This document shows, piece after piece, positions 11,226-23,105 of a stretch of 64,000 nt of DNA. This stretch comes from Cyanophyceae cyanobacterium. Its GTDB lineage: Bacteria > Cyanobacteriota > Cyanobacteriia > Cyanobacteriales > Laspinemataceae. Location of the stretch: positions 11,140-75,139 of the forward strand of contig JBBQFN010000025.1 of NCBI GenBank assembly GCA_038321985.1. The letters are read 5' to 3'. The notes beneath the pieces are model-generated. The model had not been told where the DNA came from and ran no database searches. It was given only the letters and a program-made list of their open reading frames with translations. The position numbers were made by a program, and so were the translations under genes. How positions within the stretch are numbered: position 1 is the first letter of the stretch; every line of letters starts with the position of its first letter.

Positions 11226-11714
11226 AGCCCACCCGAAAACACTCTTGCGTCAGTCTTGGCTGTTTTAGAAAGACAGGTTTTACGATTCTGCCATACTTCC
11301 AAAACCCAAGTTTTAGGTTTGATAAGAGCCGGTTATATTTCCCTCGGTCTAGCACCCAGAATGGTTTAGGTTAAAAGTGCTAGAGCTTTTTTGGCAACGC
11401 CGTTGGCTTATCTACCTTTTCCTTGCTAGGCCGATCTACATCGGCACCCCCCGCCTTTCCGGTTTTCTATATCCTTGTGATCATTAACATTGTGTAGATT
11501 AGCAGCACCCAGATACCTCAGTAGAGTAGATCGAACCCTGGAATAAGCTGTTTCCAGGGTGGGGGAGTTAGTGCACCAGATAACTAAGAACGACTCTTGT
11601 ACCGTTGAGTTTTCAAGCCGGTTGATTCGTTGCCTCTCTATCTTCTCATGTTATTTTCTATTGCGATCCCCACTTGAAAAAAACTTTCCCCTAGACTTCT
11701 GGCTTTAAATTTAA

Positions 11715-11753
11715 AAAGTCCCCCGGATTCAGGGGGGTTTGGGGGGATCGTCC
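11715..11753. repeat. TCCCCC.AAA.CCCCC...GGGGGACT family dispersed repeat
   Basis: The reverse complement closely resembles gacgatccccctaaatcccccttcaaaagggagattt at ~63285-63321. A related element is at ~30265-30307. Confidence 0.6.
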
Positions 11754-12005
11754 CAGTCTAGGGTTTTTATAGAAGGGCTGTAAGCCTTACTCCGAAAATT
11801 TTTCACATTTTGAATTCCGAAATCCCTCCCCCAGAATCAGGGGAGGGAACCGGAGGACGATTTAGCTTGACTCAATAGCCCAATTTGTAAAAAACCTGGA
11901 CTTGTAAGGTTGCGGGGGTCGAGCCGGAATGATGGACCAGGAGTAGGGAGTGGCAGTGCAGTTCCCGTGGGGCGATCGCGGAGTGAAACCCAGCGATCGC
12001 TTGGA

Positions 12006-12902
12006 TCAAGACTCCGCTTGCAAGGTCCCAATCAGTTCGGCGAGTTGATCGCTACTGGCGGTATAAACTTCCCCACAGAAGTGACAAATTGCCTCAGCAC
12101 CATCGTCTTTCTCGATCATGTCCTGGAGTTCTTCTTTCCCCAGCAATTTCAACGCCCCTAACATCCGTTGGTGAGAGCATCCGCAGTGGAAGCGCACCAT
12201 CTGTCTCTCGGGTAAAATATTTAATCCCATATCTCCGAGCAATTGCTCAAAAATATCCGGCAGGGATTTACCCGATTGCAGTAAAGGCGTAAATCCCGAT
12301 AAACCGGCAACCCGGGATTCTAAAAGCGTGACGAGTTCCTCATCGGTTGCCGCTTTCGGCATCACCTGCAACAAAATTCCTCCCGAAGCTTGCACCCCTG
12401 CTGCTTCTACAAATACCCCAACCACCAGTGCTGAAGGAGTCTGTTCTGAAGTCACCAAATAATGAGCGATATCATCCCCGATTTCACCGGAAACCAGCTC
12501 TACGGTGCTCGAATAGGGGTAACCATATCCCATATCTCTAACAACATAGAGGTATCCCTCATGACCGATTGCGCCCCCCACATCCAGTTTTCCCCGTGCA
12601 TTCGGAGGCAATTCTATATCGGGATAATCCACATACCCACGCACGGTTCCATCTAATCCCGCATCTACGAGAATGCCCCCTAAGGGTCCGTTGCCTTTAA
12701 CCCGAATGTTAACTCGGGATCCGGGGCGCTTCATGTTCGAGGCCAGTAGTAAACCCGATGAGAGGGTACGGCCCAACGCTGCTGTTGCCACATAGGAAAG
12801 GCCATGCCGCTGACGGGCTTCCTCCGTCAAGCGCGTCGTAATCACCCCAACTGCTCTGATCCCTCCATCCGCTGCCGTTGCTCTAATTAATTGATCTGCC
12901 AT
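12006..12902 (-). CDS. hslO: Hsp33 redox-regulated chaperone
   Basis: MADQLIRATA, ATAALGRTL, SEQTPSAL and the C-terminal zinc centre CGCS...CHFC. Confidence 0.95.
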   Translation of the reverse strand: MADQLIRATAADGGIRAVGVITTRLTEEARQRHGLSYVATAALGRTLSSGLLLASNMKRPGSRVNIRVKGNGPLGGILVDAGLDGTVRGYVDYPDIELPPNARGKLDVGGAIGHEGYLYVVRDMGYGYPYSSTVELVSGEIGDDIAHYLVTSEQTPSALVVGVFVEAAGVQASGGILLQVMPKAATDEELVTLLESRVAGLSGFTPLLQSGKSLPDIFEQLLGDMGLNILPERQMVRFHCGCSHQRMLGALKLLGKEELQDMIEKDDGAEAICHFCGEVYTASSDQLAELIGTLQAES

Positions 12903-13041
12903 GCCAAAACCTTACAATTCTTAACAAGTCACCTAACTTTATTGTAAAAGGGGCGCTGGCTGAATGACAGCCAAGCGAAGGGGGAAAGGGGAAGTCTGCC
13001 ATACTAAAAGGGAAAACCCCCACAGGCACTCAACCTCAACT

Positions 13042-13437
13042 ATGTTAGGCAGTTTTCAACAAGCTCATCTCCGAATAGAAGTGAACGCACCAGAAACGGT
13101 GATTCGCGATAGTCTCCTGCGTCGCGATCGCCTCCAAGAATGGTTATGGACCCAACGTTTCTCTACCCCCCTACCGGAACAGTTGCATTCCGGTGCCACC
13201 TTTACCCTTTCTATCGGTCCCTTGGCGCTTCGACATTTCGTAGAACGCGCTGAGTCAAATTGTCTGCGACTGTTACTCAGTGGCAGCATCGATGGATTTC
13301 ACGAATGGTACTGGGGAGAGGGTTGGGTACAGTCCCGTCTAGAAGGAGTCTCTTTACTCCCGCTGAATTTAAGCCATACGATGAATTTACTCCGTCTGCG
13401 CGAGTTTGTCGCCCAGACAAAGGCTGTCTCCTCCTAG
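13042..13437 (+). CDS. Conserved cyanobacterial hypothetical protein (SRPBCC-like)
   Basis: Likely start MLGSFQQAHLRIEV at ATG 13042; contains IDGFHEWYWGEGWVQSRLEGVSLLPL. The fold call is a guess. Confidence 0.65.
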   Translation: MLGSFQQAHLRIEVNAPETVIRDSLLRRDRLQEWLWTQRFSTPLPEQLHSGATFTLSIGPLALRHFVERAESNCLRLLLSGSIDGFHEWYWGEGWVQSRLEGVSLLPLNLSHTMNLLRLREFVAQTKAVSS

Positions 13438-13508
13438 ACATCGTTTCAACCCTACCAGAGACCGGATTTTTGGGGCGGAAATCCGGTTTTTTATTTCCCC
13501 TAGAGAGA

Positions 13509-13934
13509 TCAGGCAGGCTTAATCACCAGGACAGAACAAGAGGCATCGGTTACCACCTGAGCACTAACTGAACCCTGCAAAATTCGATTCATTCCCGTTA
13601 AGCCTCGACTGCCAATTAGAATTAAATCAGCCCGGTAAATATTTGCCAAGCGCACGATTTCTTCAGAAGGATCCCCGGTGACTATTTCAAGTTCGGTTTG
13701 ACAAGGAATTTTTTCTTGATAGGATTGAAGTTTTTTTTCTATAGCCCGATAGGGGATATCTTCCGTATCAACTGGGGGTCTATCTGCCACCACATCCAGA
13801 TCCGATGTCGGATTGAAAATCACATGAGCCAGAATGACTTGAGTCATGGTTTCGAGCTTCAGGTTATGCAAGGTGGCAATGACTTGCTCTGACAAATCTG
13901 AACCATCAAGAGCTACGAGAATGGTACTAATCAC
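13509..13934 (-). CDS. Universal stress protein (UspA family)
   Basis: ILVALDGS, GDPSEEIV, ADLILIGSRGLTG..ILQGSVS..V. GTG start at 13934 follows an AGGAG RBS. Confidence 0.92.
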   Translation of the reverse strand: MISTILVALDGSDLSEQVIATLHNLKLETMTQVILAHVIFNPTSDLDVVADRPPVDTEDIPYRAIEKKLQSYQEKIPCQTELEIVTGDPSEEIVRLANIYRADLILIGSRGLTGMNRILQGSVSAQVVTDASCSVLVIKPA

Positions 13935-14296
13935 GATGCCGACTCCTAATTCGCTATTCGCTGGGCCAAGTTTGGGCAACTGGCTTCAATCTTACCGGGA
14001 AAAATCTTTCCGGGAGAAAATCGCTTCACCGCTTAGTTTAGCGGGATTGTACTCGGAATTCTTAGGCACAAGCAAAGCAATCTAACTTTTTTTAATAGCC
14101 GGGATGATGGGGGCGTTCTCTAGACCCGCCTGGAGGGAGGGCCGAGCTTTTTCTAGGGCTGTTAAGGCCATAAAAAAGCCGACAAGTCACTGTCGGCAGA
14201 AAATTATAGAAATGAATTAAATGAATGGGACTCAAGGGCCCGGTGTGTCCATCGGCGATCGCGCTTCTCTTCCGAGAAGACCACCAACGGCAACCC

Positions 14297-15598
14297 CTAG
14301 GGTCCATCTTTGATTCGCTTGCGGACGGAATCCCCGTGAGAAGGTAAACCTTCGGCTTTGGTGAGGATATCAATCGCACTGGCGACCTTCTGGAGTGCCT
14401 TGGGAGAATATTGAATCAAACTGGAGTGTTTCATAAAGGTTTCCACCCCCAAAGCTGAGGCATAACGCGCCGATCCCGAAGTGGGAAGGGTATGGTTAGG
14501 GCCTGCGAGGTAATCGCCGACAGCTTCAGGGGTGGAGTTCCCGAGGAAGATGGCACCAGCATGACGAATCCACTCCAGCAAATCCCAAGGGTCGCTGACT
14601 TCGAGTTCTAGGTGTTCTGGGGCAAATTCATTGGAGAGCTCGGCGGCAATTTGCAGGGAATCAACCACAATGACTACACCGTAGTGGGCGATCGCCTTTT
14701 CGGTGAGGGTCCGGCGTGGGTGATCAATTAGTTGGTCCTCGACTTCGGCCACGACTTTGCGCGCGATCTGAGCATCAGTAGTAATCAAAATCGCGGCAGC
14801 AAGGGGGTCATGTTCGGCTTGCGCCAGTAAATCCGTGGCGACATGAGCTGGATTAGCTTGGGAATCAGCAATGATCAGCACTTCCGAGGGACCGGCTAAG
14901 GAGTCAATGCCCACGGTGCCAAAGACCTGCTTTTTCGCTAGAGTCACGTAGATGTTACCGGGGCCGGTAATCACATCCACTTTAGGGATGGTTTCCGTAC
15001 CATACGCCAAGGCCGCGATCGCCTGGGCACCGCCTACGCGATAAATTTCCTGGATCCCAGCTTCCTGGGCTGCCACCAGCACCGCTGAGTTCACCGTTTT
15101 TTCGGGTCCCGGTGGCGTGCAGATGACAATCCGGGGGACCCCAGCTACTTGAGCCGGGATTGCATTCATCAGCACGGTACTGGGATAGGCAGCTCGCCCC
15201 CCCGGAACGTACAGCCCCGCTCTATCTACGGGGGTATAACGCTTACCCAGCACCACTTCATCGTCCCCAAATTGAACCCAAGATTTGGGAACGCGTTGGC
15301 GATGGAACGCTTCAATGTTCTGTTTTGCCAAGCGAATGGCGTCTAAGAGTTCTTTGGGGACCTGCTGATAAGCGGCATCCAATTCGGATCCGCTCACGCG
15401 CAGGTCTTCGGGCTTTAATAATTGCCCGTCGAACTCAGCCGTATAATGTAAAAGTGAGCGATCGCCTTGGCGTTTGACTGCTTGGAGCACTTCACGAACC
15501 GTTGCCTCTTTGTGGACAACTTGGTCATCGTGGGTGCGATCGCAGATGCGCCGGAGTTCAGCTTGTGCCTCAGCCCGCTGTGTAATGATTCGCAGCAT
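14297..15598 (-). CDS. hisD: Histidinol dehydrogenase
   Basis: GLYVPGGRAAYPSTVLM, GPGNIYV, AGPSEVLIIAD, QAEHDP, APEHLEL, GDYLAGPNHTLPT. Confidence 0.97.
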   Translation of the reverse strand: MLRIITQRAEAQAELRRICDRTHDDQVVHKEATVREVLQAVKRQGDRSLLHYTAEFDGQLLKPEDLRVSGSELDAAYQQVPKELLDAIRLAKQNIEAFHRQRVPKSWVQFGDDEVVLGKRYTPVDRAGLYVPGGRAAYPSTVLMNAIPAQVAGVPRIVICTPPGPEKTVNSAVLVAAQEAGIQEIYRVGGAQAIAALAYGTETIPKVDVITGPGNIYVTLAKKQVFGTVGIDSLAGPSEVLIIADSQANPAHVATDLLAQAEHDPLAAAILITTDAQIARKVVAEVEDQLIDHPRRTLTEKAIAHYGVVIVVDSLQIAAELSNEFAPEHLELEVSDPWDLLEWIRHAGAIFLGNSTPEAVGDYLAGPNHTLPTSGSARYASALGVETFMKHSSLIQYSPKALQKVASAIDILTKAEGLPSHGDSVRKRIKDGP

Positions 15599-15815
15599 GG
15601 AATTAGGAGATAATCAGAGGTATTGCCCATTCGAGAACGGCTCGCTCGCCACATCAACCGCGACTACCGATGTTTTGGCTTACCCGTACCCGTCTTCTCT
15701 AGCTTAACCTGGATTTTCTTTAACTGAAACGCATTTCCCCTAGATTCGATGCTATAGTATTTTATCTAGTATGTTATTATAATTGTTCCCGTATTGAGTT
15801 CTGGGCTAATCGACT

Positions 15816-16121
15816 GTGGCTAACATCAAGTCTGCTATCAAGCGCGTCCAAATTACTGAACGCAATCGCTTGCGTAACAAATCTTATAAGTCAGCGGTCA
15901 AAACGCTGATCAAGAAGTGTGTCACCTCTGCCGAGCAATACGGCAGCAACCCGACACCCGAGTTGAAAGAAGAGATTCATAATCGGCTCAATGCCGCTTA
16001 CAGCAAGATCGACAAAGCAGTAAAGTGCGGCGTCCTTCATGCGAACAATGGCGCTCGCAAAAAATCCAGTTTAGCCAAAGTTGTTAAACAACACGAGTTA
16101 GCGCAATCGTCTGCCTCGTAA
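15816..16121 (+). CDS. rpsT: 30S ribosomal protein S20
   Basis: [25 protein letters not shown]...[26 protein letters not shown] start. Confidence 0.97.
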   Translation: MANIKSAIKRVQITERNRLRNKSYKSAVKTLIKKCVTSAEQYGSNPTPELKEEIHNRLNAAYSKIDKAVKCGVLHANNGARKKSSLAKVVKQHELAQSSAS

Positions 16122-16133
16122 GGATGACCCCCA

Positions 16134-16238
16134 ACGCAGGGTTTTGTCTGCCATTGACGACTTCGGGAAACCGAAAGCGTTAGTGACGGTTGGGCTAAAT
16201 GCTTTCAAAGTCTTAGTCCAACCTCTTTGTCCCTGCGT
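16134..16238 (+). ncRNA. Putative structured RNA element (three-way junction) downstream of rpsT
   Basis: Outer stem ACGCAGGG/CCCTGCGT encloses two hairpins, one capped by GAAA. No family recognised. Confidence 0.35.
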
Positions 16239-16326
16239 ATTTTTCACCTTAAACCCCTTGTAGAGACGCGAAACCTCGCGGCTTTCATCGGGTAAATCTT
16301 TCCCTACCCAGAGCGCGTCGATTCCG

Positions 16327-17106
16327 ATGCAATTGATAGATACCCACGTTCACATTAATTTTGAGCGGTTTGACGGAGATTTAGAGGCGGTCCGCGAACG
16401 GTGGCGTGAAGCCGGGGTCGTGCATCTTGTGCATTCCTGCGTCACACCGGAAGAATTTAGCAGCATTCAAGGAATCGCGAATCGGTTTGAGGAAATTTCC
16501 TTCGCCGTAGGTTTGCATCCCTTGGAAGCACATCAATGGTCATCCCACAGCGCGGAGCAGATTGAGGCATTAGCCGAATCCGAACCGCGAGTGGTCGCCA
16601 TTGGAGAAACTGGGCTAGACTTTTATAAGGCCGAAAATCAACAGCAGCAAAAAGAAGCATTTTTAGCACAGCTAGAAATAGCACAGCGGCTTAATAAGGC
16701 GGTGATTATCCATTGCCGGGATGCCTCTAGGGAGATGGCTGAACTCTTACAGAGTTTCTGGGGCGATCGCTCTCCCGTTCCCGGAGTCATGCATTGTTGG
16801 GGTGGAACTCCCGAAGAAACCCAATGGTTTCTAGACTTAGGCTTTTATATTAGCTTTAGCGGGATTGTCACTTTTAAGAATGCCCAAAGCATTCAAAACT
16901 CCGCACGTCTAGTCCCCAGCGATCGCCTGCTCGTCGAAACCGATTGCCCTTTTTTAGCCCCAGTGCCAAAGCGCGGCAAACGCAATGAACCAGCTTACGT
17001 TCGCTACGTTGCTGAACAAGTGGCGACCCTGCGCGGGGTCTCATTAGAAACCCTAGCCGCTCAAACCACAGAAAATGCCTGTCGCCTATTTAAACTGACT
17101 TTGTGA
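16327..17106 (+). CDS. tatD: TatD family deoxyribonuclease
   Basis: [45 protein letters not shown]; typical rpsT-tatD-rpoB synteny. Confidence 0.93.
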   Translation: MQLIDTHVHINFERFDGDLEAVRERWREAGVVHLVHSCVTPEEFSSIQGIANRFEEISFAVGLHPLEAHQWSSHSAEQIEALAESEPRVVAIGETGLDFYKAENQQQQKEAFLAQLEIAQRLNKAVIIHCRDASREMAELLQSFWGDRSPVPGVMHCWGGTPEETQWFLDLGFYISFSGIVTFKNAQSIQNSARLVPSDRLLVETDCPFLAPVPKRGKRNEPAYVRYVAEQVATLRGVSLETLAAQTTENACRLFKLTL

Positions 17107-17201
17107 TGAGTTCACTCGTTGAACGCCCCCTACAAACGTCGCCTGGGCTGTTGTAGCTTATCAAGCCCTCTGCTGCGATTCCCTCTAAACCTGACCACTC
17201 C

Positions 17202-17230
17202 TTGACGCTAAAAACGAACGAAGCTATAAT
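17202..17230 (+). promoter_or_regulatory. Sigma70-type promoter upstream of rpoB
   Basis: TTGACG (17202-17207), 17-bp spacer, TATAAT (17225-17230). Confidence 0.7.
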
Positions 17231-17575
17231 AATGGGTTACCTGAAAAAAATGGAAAAATTGCCTGGGTCTGGACTTCCGCGCAGTAGCGATCCATCAAGG
17301 GATAGCTGACACCGTTAATCGGGAGACTCATAAAGTCACCCGGAAAAACCATCTTTGACCGGAGAACTGTGCCAAGCCAAAACAAGAGTTTAAACCCAAC
17401 GGCGTCACCGAAAAAGCACTCTTTGAAACAACAGCACCAAAGGATGAAGGATGAAGAAGGATGAAGCATAAAGGATGAAGATGCACGCCTTCGGCCTTCA
17501 TCCGGCAGCAACAGGTCTTTATTTTTGGCTTCCCTAACTTGCGTAGAATTCACAGCGTAGAGGCGATCGATACAA

Positions 17576-20500
17576 ATGAATAATCCGACCTACCCAGCAG
17601 CAACGGCATTTACCCTACCCGATCTCGTCGAGATTCAACGGGCCAGTTTCCGCTGGTTTCTTGAATTAGGGTTAATTGAAGAACTCGACAGCTTTTCCCC
17701 CATCACCGACTATACGGGAAAACTAGAGTTACATTTTATAGGAAAGGACTACAAACTCAAGCGTCCGAAATACGATGTTGATGACGCAAAACGCAGAGAT
17801 AGCACCTATGCGGTGCAAATGTATGTACCCACCCGCCTGATCAACAAAGAAACCGGCGAAATCAAAGAGCAAGAAGTCTTCATCGGCGACCTGCCCCTGA
17901 TGACCGAACGCGGCACTTTCATCATCAACGGTGCCGAACGAGTCATCGTTAACCAAATTGTGCGCTCTCCGGGAGTCTACTACAAATCCGAGACTGACAA
18001 AAACGGACGACGGACCTACAATGCCAGCTTGATCCCCAACCGAGGGGCATGGCTGAAATTTGAGACGGACAAAAACGATTTAGTTTGGGTCCGCATCGAT
18101 AAAACCCGGAAATTGAGCGCCCAAGTGCTGCTCAAGGCCCTAGGACTGAGCAATAACGAAATTTTCGATGCCCTGCGCCACCCCGAATACTTTCAAAAAA
18201 CCATTGAAAAAGAAGGGGAATTTACAGAAGAAGAAGCTCTGATGGAGCTTTACAAAAAGCTGCGTCCCGGGGAACCCCCCACGGTATCCGGAGGCAGCCA
18301 ACTCCTGGATTCGCGCTTCTTCGACCCGAAACGGTACGACCTCGGGCGGGTGGGACGCTACAAGTTGAACAAGAAATTGCGCTTGTCGGTGCCCGATAAC
18401 GTGCGGGTGTTAACGCCCCAGGATATTCTCACGGCGATCGACTACCTGATCAACCTGGAATTCGACGTGGGACAAAGCGACGACATCGACCACTTAGGCA
18501 ATCGCCGGGTGCGATCGGTCGGCGAACTCTTGCAAAACCAAGTCCGAGTGGGACTCAACCGCCTAGAACGGATCATCCGCGAACGGATGACGGTTTCTGA
18601 TGCCGATTCCCTCACTCCCGCCTCCTTGGTTAACCCCAAACCCCTCGTCGCTGCGATTAAAGAATTCTTCGGGTCTTCCCAGCTTTCCCAGTTTATGGAT
18701 CAGACCAACCCCTTAGCGGAACTGACCCACAAACGCCGCTTGAGTGCCTTGGGTCCAGGGGGGTTAACACGGGAACGTGCCGGGTTTGCCGTGCGAGATA
18801 TTCATCCCTCCCACTACGGACGGATCTGCCCCATTGAAACTCCAGAAGGCCCCAACGCAGGGTTAATTGGCTCCCTAGCGACTCACGCGAGGGTCAACCC
18901 CTACGGATTTATCGAGACCCCATTTTACCCCGTAGAAAATGGTCGCGTCTTGCGGGAACGGGGGGCGCTGTTTATGACCGCCGATGAGGAAGATGACCTG
19001 CGGGTTGCTCCTGGAGACATTACCGTAGATGAAGGCGGGTATATCCAGGGTGAAACCGTACCCGTGCGCTATCGCCAAGATTTCACCACTACCACACCTG
19101 ATCAGGTGGACTATGTGGCAGTTTCTCCGGTGCAGATTATCTCCGTGGCAACGTCGTTAATTCCCTTCTTGGAACATGATGATGCTAACCGAGCGCTGAT
19201 GGGTTCTAATATGCAGCGGCAGGCAGTGCCGCTGTTACTCCCCGAGCGACCCTTAGTGGGAACGGGTCTGGAAGCACAAGCAGCCCGGGACTCCGGCATG
19301 GTTGTTGTTTCCCGGACCGAGGGCATGGTGACGTTTGTCGATGCCAATACGATTCGGGTACAGGACCCAACGGGTCGGGAAATGGAATATCAGTTACAGA
19401 AGTATCAACGGTCCAACCAAGACACTTGTTTGAACCAGCGACCCCTCGTATTTGAAGGGGATGATATTGTTGCGGGTCAAGTTATAGCCGATGGGTCCTC
19501 GACAGAAGGGGGCGAGTTGGCCCTGGGCCAGAATATTCTGGTCGCTTATATGCCCTGGGAGGGCTATAACTACGAGGACGCCATTCTGATTAGTGAGCGT
19601 CTGGTTTATGACGACCTCTACACCTCGATTCACATTGAGAAATATGAAATTGAGGCAAGGCAAACCAAGCTGGGACCGGAAGAAATTACCCGAGAAATTC
19701 CCAACGTCGGGGAAGATTCCCTCCGACAGTTAGATGAAGGCGGAATTATCCGCATTGGCGCTTGGGTTGAGTCCGGTGACATTCTCGTTGGAAAAGTGAC
19801 GCCTAAAGGGGAATCAGACCAACCGCCAGAAGAGAAGCTCCTGCGGGCCATTTTCGGAGAAAAAGCTCGTGATGTGCGGGATAATTCCCTGCGAGTGCCT
19901 AACGGTGAGAAAGGCCGGGTTGTGGATGTCCGGGTGTTTACCCGAGAACAGGGAGATGAACTGCCTCCTGGGGCGAACATGGTGGTCCGGGTTTATGTCG
20001 CCCAGAAACGGAAAATCCAGGTGGGAGACAAAATGGCCGGTCGTCACGGGAATAAGGGAATTATTTCTCGAATTTTACCGATCGAGGATATGCCTTATCT
20101 GCCCGATGGCACGCCGTTGGATATCGTGTTGAATCCTCTGGGGGTACCGTCACGGATGAACGTAGGCCAAGTTTTTGAGTGCCTGCTGGGGTGGGCCGGA
20201 CAAAACCTCGGTTCCCGGTTTAAAGTGGTACCTTTTGATGAAATGCACGGGGCGGAAAAGTCGCGTGAAACCGTCCATGGCAAGTTACGGGAGTCTCGGG
20301 AAAAGACGGGCAAGGATTGGTTATTTGACGAGAACAATCCAGGCAAAACCGTCGTTTATGATGGCCGGACTGGAGAGGCATTTGACCGTCCTATTACCGT
20401 GGGTAAGGCGTATATGCTCAAGTTGGTGCATTTGGTGGATGATAAAATTCACGCCCGTTCTACGGGTCCTTATTCTTTGGTTACCCAGCAACCTCTAGGG

Positions 20501-20881
20501 GGTAAAGCACAACAGGGTGGTCAGCGCTTCGGAGAAATGGAAGTTTGGGCATTGGAGGCATTTGGGGCCGCTTATACCTTGCAGGAATTGCTCACGGTGA
20601 AGTCCGACGATATGCAGGGGCGTAATGAAGCGTTGAATGCGATCGTCAAAGGGAAAGCGATTCCGCGTCCGGGAACCCCTGAGTCGTTCAAGGTGCTGAT
20701 GCGCGAGTTGCAGTCTCTTTGTTTGGATATTGCGGTACATAAAGTGCAGACCCAGGAAGATGGCACCTCGCGGGATGTAGAGGTGGACTTAATGGCGGAT
20801 GTGTCAAATCGTCGCACCCCCTCTCGTCCAACTTATGAGTCGGTGTCTCGGGAAGCGTTAGAGGAGGAAGAGGAAGAGTAA
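17576..20881 (+). CDS. rpoB: RNA polymerase beta subunit
   Basis: [55 protein letters not shown]. Confidence 0.99.
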   Translation: MNNPTYPAATAFTLPDLVEIQRASFRWFLELGLIEELDSFSPITDYTGKLELHFIGKDYKLKRPKYDVDDAKRRDSTYAVQMYVPTRLINKETGEIKEQEVFIGDLPLMTERGTFIINGAERVIVNQIVRSPGVYYKSETDKNGRRTYNASLIPNRGAWLKFETDKNDLVWVRIDKTRKLSAQVLLKALGLSNNEIFDALRHPEYFQKTIEKEGEFTEEEALMELYKKLRPGEPPTVSGGSQLLDSRFFDPKRYDLGRVGRYKLNKKLRLSVPDNVRVLTPQDILTAIDYLINLEFDVGQSDDIDHLGNRRVRSVGELLQNQVRVGLNRLERIIRERMTVSDADSLTPASLVNPKPLVAAIKEFFGSSQLSQFMDQTNPLAELTHKRRLSALGPGGLTRERAGFAVRDIHPSHYGRICPIETPEGPNAGLIGSLATHARVNPYGFIETPFYPVENGRVLRERGALFMTADEEDDLRVAPGDITVDEGGYIQGETVPVRYRQDFTTTTPDQVDYVAVSPVQIISVATSLIPFLEHDDANRALMGSNMQRQAVPLLLPERPLVGTGLEAQAARDSGMVVVSRTEGMVTFVDANTIRVQDPTGREMEYQLQKYQRSNQDTCLNQRPLVFEGDDIVAGQVIADGSSTEGGELALGQNILVAYMPWEGYNYEDAILISERLVYDDLYTSIHIEKYEIEARQTKLGPEEITREIPNVGEDSLRQLDEGGIIRIGAWVESGDILVGKVTPKGESDQPPEEKLLRAIFGEKARDVRDNSLRVPNGEKGRVVDVRVFTREQGDELPPGANMVVRVYVAQKRKIQVGDKMAGRHGNKGIISRILPIEDMPYLPDGTPLDIVLNPLGVPSRMNVGQVFECLLGWAGQNLGSRFKVVPFDEMHGAEKSRETVHGKLRESREKTGKDWLFDENNPGKTVVYDGRTGEAFDRPITVGKAYMLKLVHLVDDKIHARSTGPYSLVTQQPLGGKAQQGGQRFGEMEVWALEAFGAAYTLQELLTVKSDDMQGRNEALNAIVKGKAIPRPGTPESFKVLMRELQSLCLDIAVHKVQTQEDGTSRDVEVDLMADVSNRRTPSRPTYESVSREALEEEEEE

Positions 20882-21047
20882 CTTCTTCTGATTGAGGTGG
20901 AAGGAGGATAGGGGATAACCACAGCAAGTCGGGACGTTAAAGTGTTTTTTACTCATTGATGTTCCCTATCCTCCCTAAGTCCCTCATCCTTCCATTATTC
21001 CAAATGACCAACGGCCAAGGACAAAGTTTATAAGGGGATATCATCGA

Positions 21048-22922
21048 ATGCCAAAGATTGAGCAGCGCTTTGATTATGTAAAGATTGCGATCGCCTCCCC
21101 GGACCGAATTCGGCAATGGGGGGAACGGACTTTGCCAAATGGTCAAATTGTTGGCGAGGTTACCAAACCGGAAACGATTAATTACCGCACGCTCAAACCC
21201 GAGATGGACGGGCTCTTCTGTGAGCGGATTTTTGGTCCCGCTAAGGATTGGGAATGTCATTGTGGTAAATATAAGCGAGTTCGACATCGCGGCATTGTTT
21301 GTGAGAGATGCGGGGTAGAAGTTACAGAGTCTCGGGTGCGTCGGCATCGCATGGGCTTTATTAAGTTAGCTGCGCCGGTGGCTCATGTTTGGTATCTCAA
21401 GGGGATTCCGAGCTATATCGCAATTCTGTTGGATATGCCCTTGCGGGATGTAGAACAGATCGTCTATTTCAATGCCTATTGTGTTCTGAATCCGGGAAAT
21501 GCAGATAATCTGCAATACAAGCAGCTTCTGAGTGAAGATGCCTGGATGGAAATTGAGGACCAACTCTATAGTGAGGATACGGAACTCATTGGGATTGAGG
21601 TAGGCATTGGGGCGGAGGCGTTGCAACGCTTATTGCAGGACCTGGAGTTAGAAGCGGAAGCAGAACGCCTGCGCGAAGAAATCGCTACCTCGAAAGGACA
21701 AAAGCGGGCGAAGCTGATTAAACGCTTGCGGGTGATTGATAATTTTATCGCCACAGGCTCTCAGCCGGACTGGATGGTGTTAGAGTACATTCCGGTGATT
21801 CCCCCAGATTTGCGCCCGATGGTGCAGTTGGATGGCGGACGGTTTGCCACGAGTGACTTGAATGATTTGTACCGGCGGGTGATTAACCGGAATAATCGCT
21901 TGGCACGGTTGCAGGAGATTTTGGCCCCGGAAATCATCATTCGGAATGAAAAACGGATGTTGCAAGAGGCAGTAGATGCCCTGATTGATAATGGTCGTCG
22001 GGGACGGACAGTGGTAGGGGCTAATAACCGACCTCTGAAGTCTCTCTCGGATATTATTGAGGGTAAACAAGGCCGGTTCCGGCAAAACTTGCTGGGGAAA
22101 CGGGTAGACTACTCTGGACGTTCCGTGATTGTGGTGGGTCCGAAGCTGAAGATTCACCAGTGCGGATTGCCTCGGGAAATGGCGATCGAACTCTTCCAAC
22201 CTTTTGTAATTCACCGCCTGATTCGTCAGGGTTTGGTGAACAATATTAAGGCGGCGAAAAAGCTGATTCAACGAGCCGATCCCAGTGTTTGGGATGTGTT
22301 GGAAGAGGTGATTGAATCCCATCCCGTGCTATTAAACCGCGCACCCACGCTGCACCGTTTAGGGATTCAAGCCTTTGAGCCGATTTTGGTGGATGGACGA
22401 GCCATTCAGTTGCACCCGTTAGTTTGTCCGGCATTTAATGCTGACTTTGATGGTGACCAAATGGCAGTGCACGTTCCTCTGGGTTTAGAGGCACAAGCAG
22501 AGGCTCGGTTATTGATGTTAGCGTCTAACAATATTATGTCTCCGGCAACGGGACGGCCTATTGTTACCCCTTCTCAGGATATGGTGTTGGGTTGTTATTA
22601 TTTGACGGCCCATAATCCCAAGGCTCATAAGGGCGCAGGAGGTTATTTTGCGTCGTTGCCAGATGCAATTATTGCTTATGAGCAAGGTTTGATTGAGTTG
22701 CACGCTTTAATTTGGGTGCGCTTGGATGTGAACTGGGATATTGATTCGGAGACTAAAGAAACGAAGCCAGAAATCACGCGACATTCCGATGGAACGGTGA
22801 CGAAACTTTATTCCGATCGCCGCTTAAGAGAGGATGCCAATGGTAATCTAATTTCTCAATATATTCACACTACCGCAGGCCGAATTATCTTCAATAAAAC
22901 CATTGCGGATGTGTTGGCTTAA
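21048..22922 (+). CDS. rpoC1: RNA polymerase gamma subunit
   Basis: [13 protein letters not shown], zinc finger CHCGK...CERC and catalytic NADFDGDQM. Confidence 0.99.
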   Translation: MPKIEQRFDYVKIAIASPDRIRQWGERTLPNGQIVGEVTKPETINYRTLKPEMDGLFCERIFGPAKDWECHCGKYKRVRHRGIVCERCGVEVTESRVRRHRMGFIKLAAPVAHVWYLKGIPSYIAILLDMPLRDVEQIVYFNAYCVLNPGNADNLQYKQLLSEDAWMEIEDQLYSEDTELIGIEVGIGAEALQRLLQDLELEAEAERLREEIATSKGQKRAKLIKRLRVIDNFIATGSQPDWMVLEYIPVIPPDLRPMVQLDGGRFATSDLNDLYRRVINRNNRLARLQEILAPEIIIRNEKRMLQEAVDALIDNGRRGRTVVGANNRPLKSLSDIIEGKQGRFRQNLLGKRVDYSGRSVIVVGPKLKIHQCGLPREMAIELFQPFVIHRLIRQGLVNNIKAAKKLIQRADPSVWDVLEEVIESHPVLLNRAPTLHRLGIQAFEPILVDGRAIQLHPLVCPAFNADFDGDQMAVHVPLGLEAQAEARLLMLASNNIMSPATGRPIVTPSQDMVLGCYYLTAHNPKAHKGAGGYFASLPDAIIAYEQGLIELHALIWVRLDVNWDIDSETKETKPEITRHSDGTVTKLYSDRRLREDANGNLISQYIHTTAGRIIFNKTIADVLA

Positions 22923-23105
22923 GGAAGGCAAAATGCCCCCGGATAGGGGCTAAGGTAGCGGGGAAAGTCACCGGAGGTAAGGGAAGCAAAATTTTCTTTC
23001 TTTTCCTGATTTCCCCTCTCTTCCCGATTTCCCTAATCCTCTCAATTTACCCAATCCTCCCCAATCCTCCCGATCTCCTCTCATCAGACAAAGGACAAAG
23101 GAATA

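Noticed and set aside
11226..12005. tRNA or known ncRNA in long intergenic regions (also 8071-8945, 58633-59311, 60317-60847)
   Set aside because: No cloverleaf, T-loop or recognisable Rfam motif was seen by eye; only short hairpins and dispersed repeats. A covariance search was not possible.
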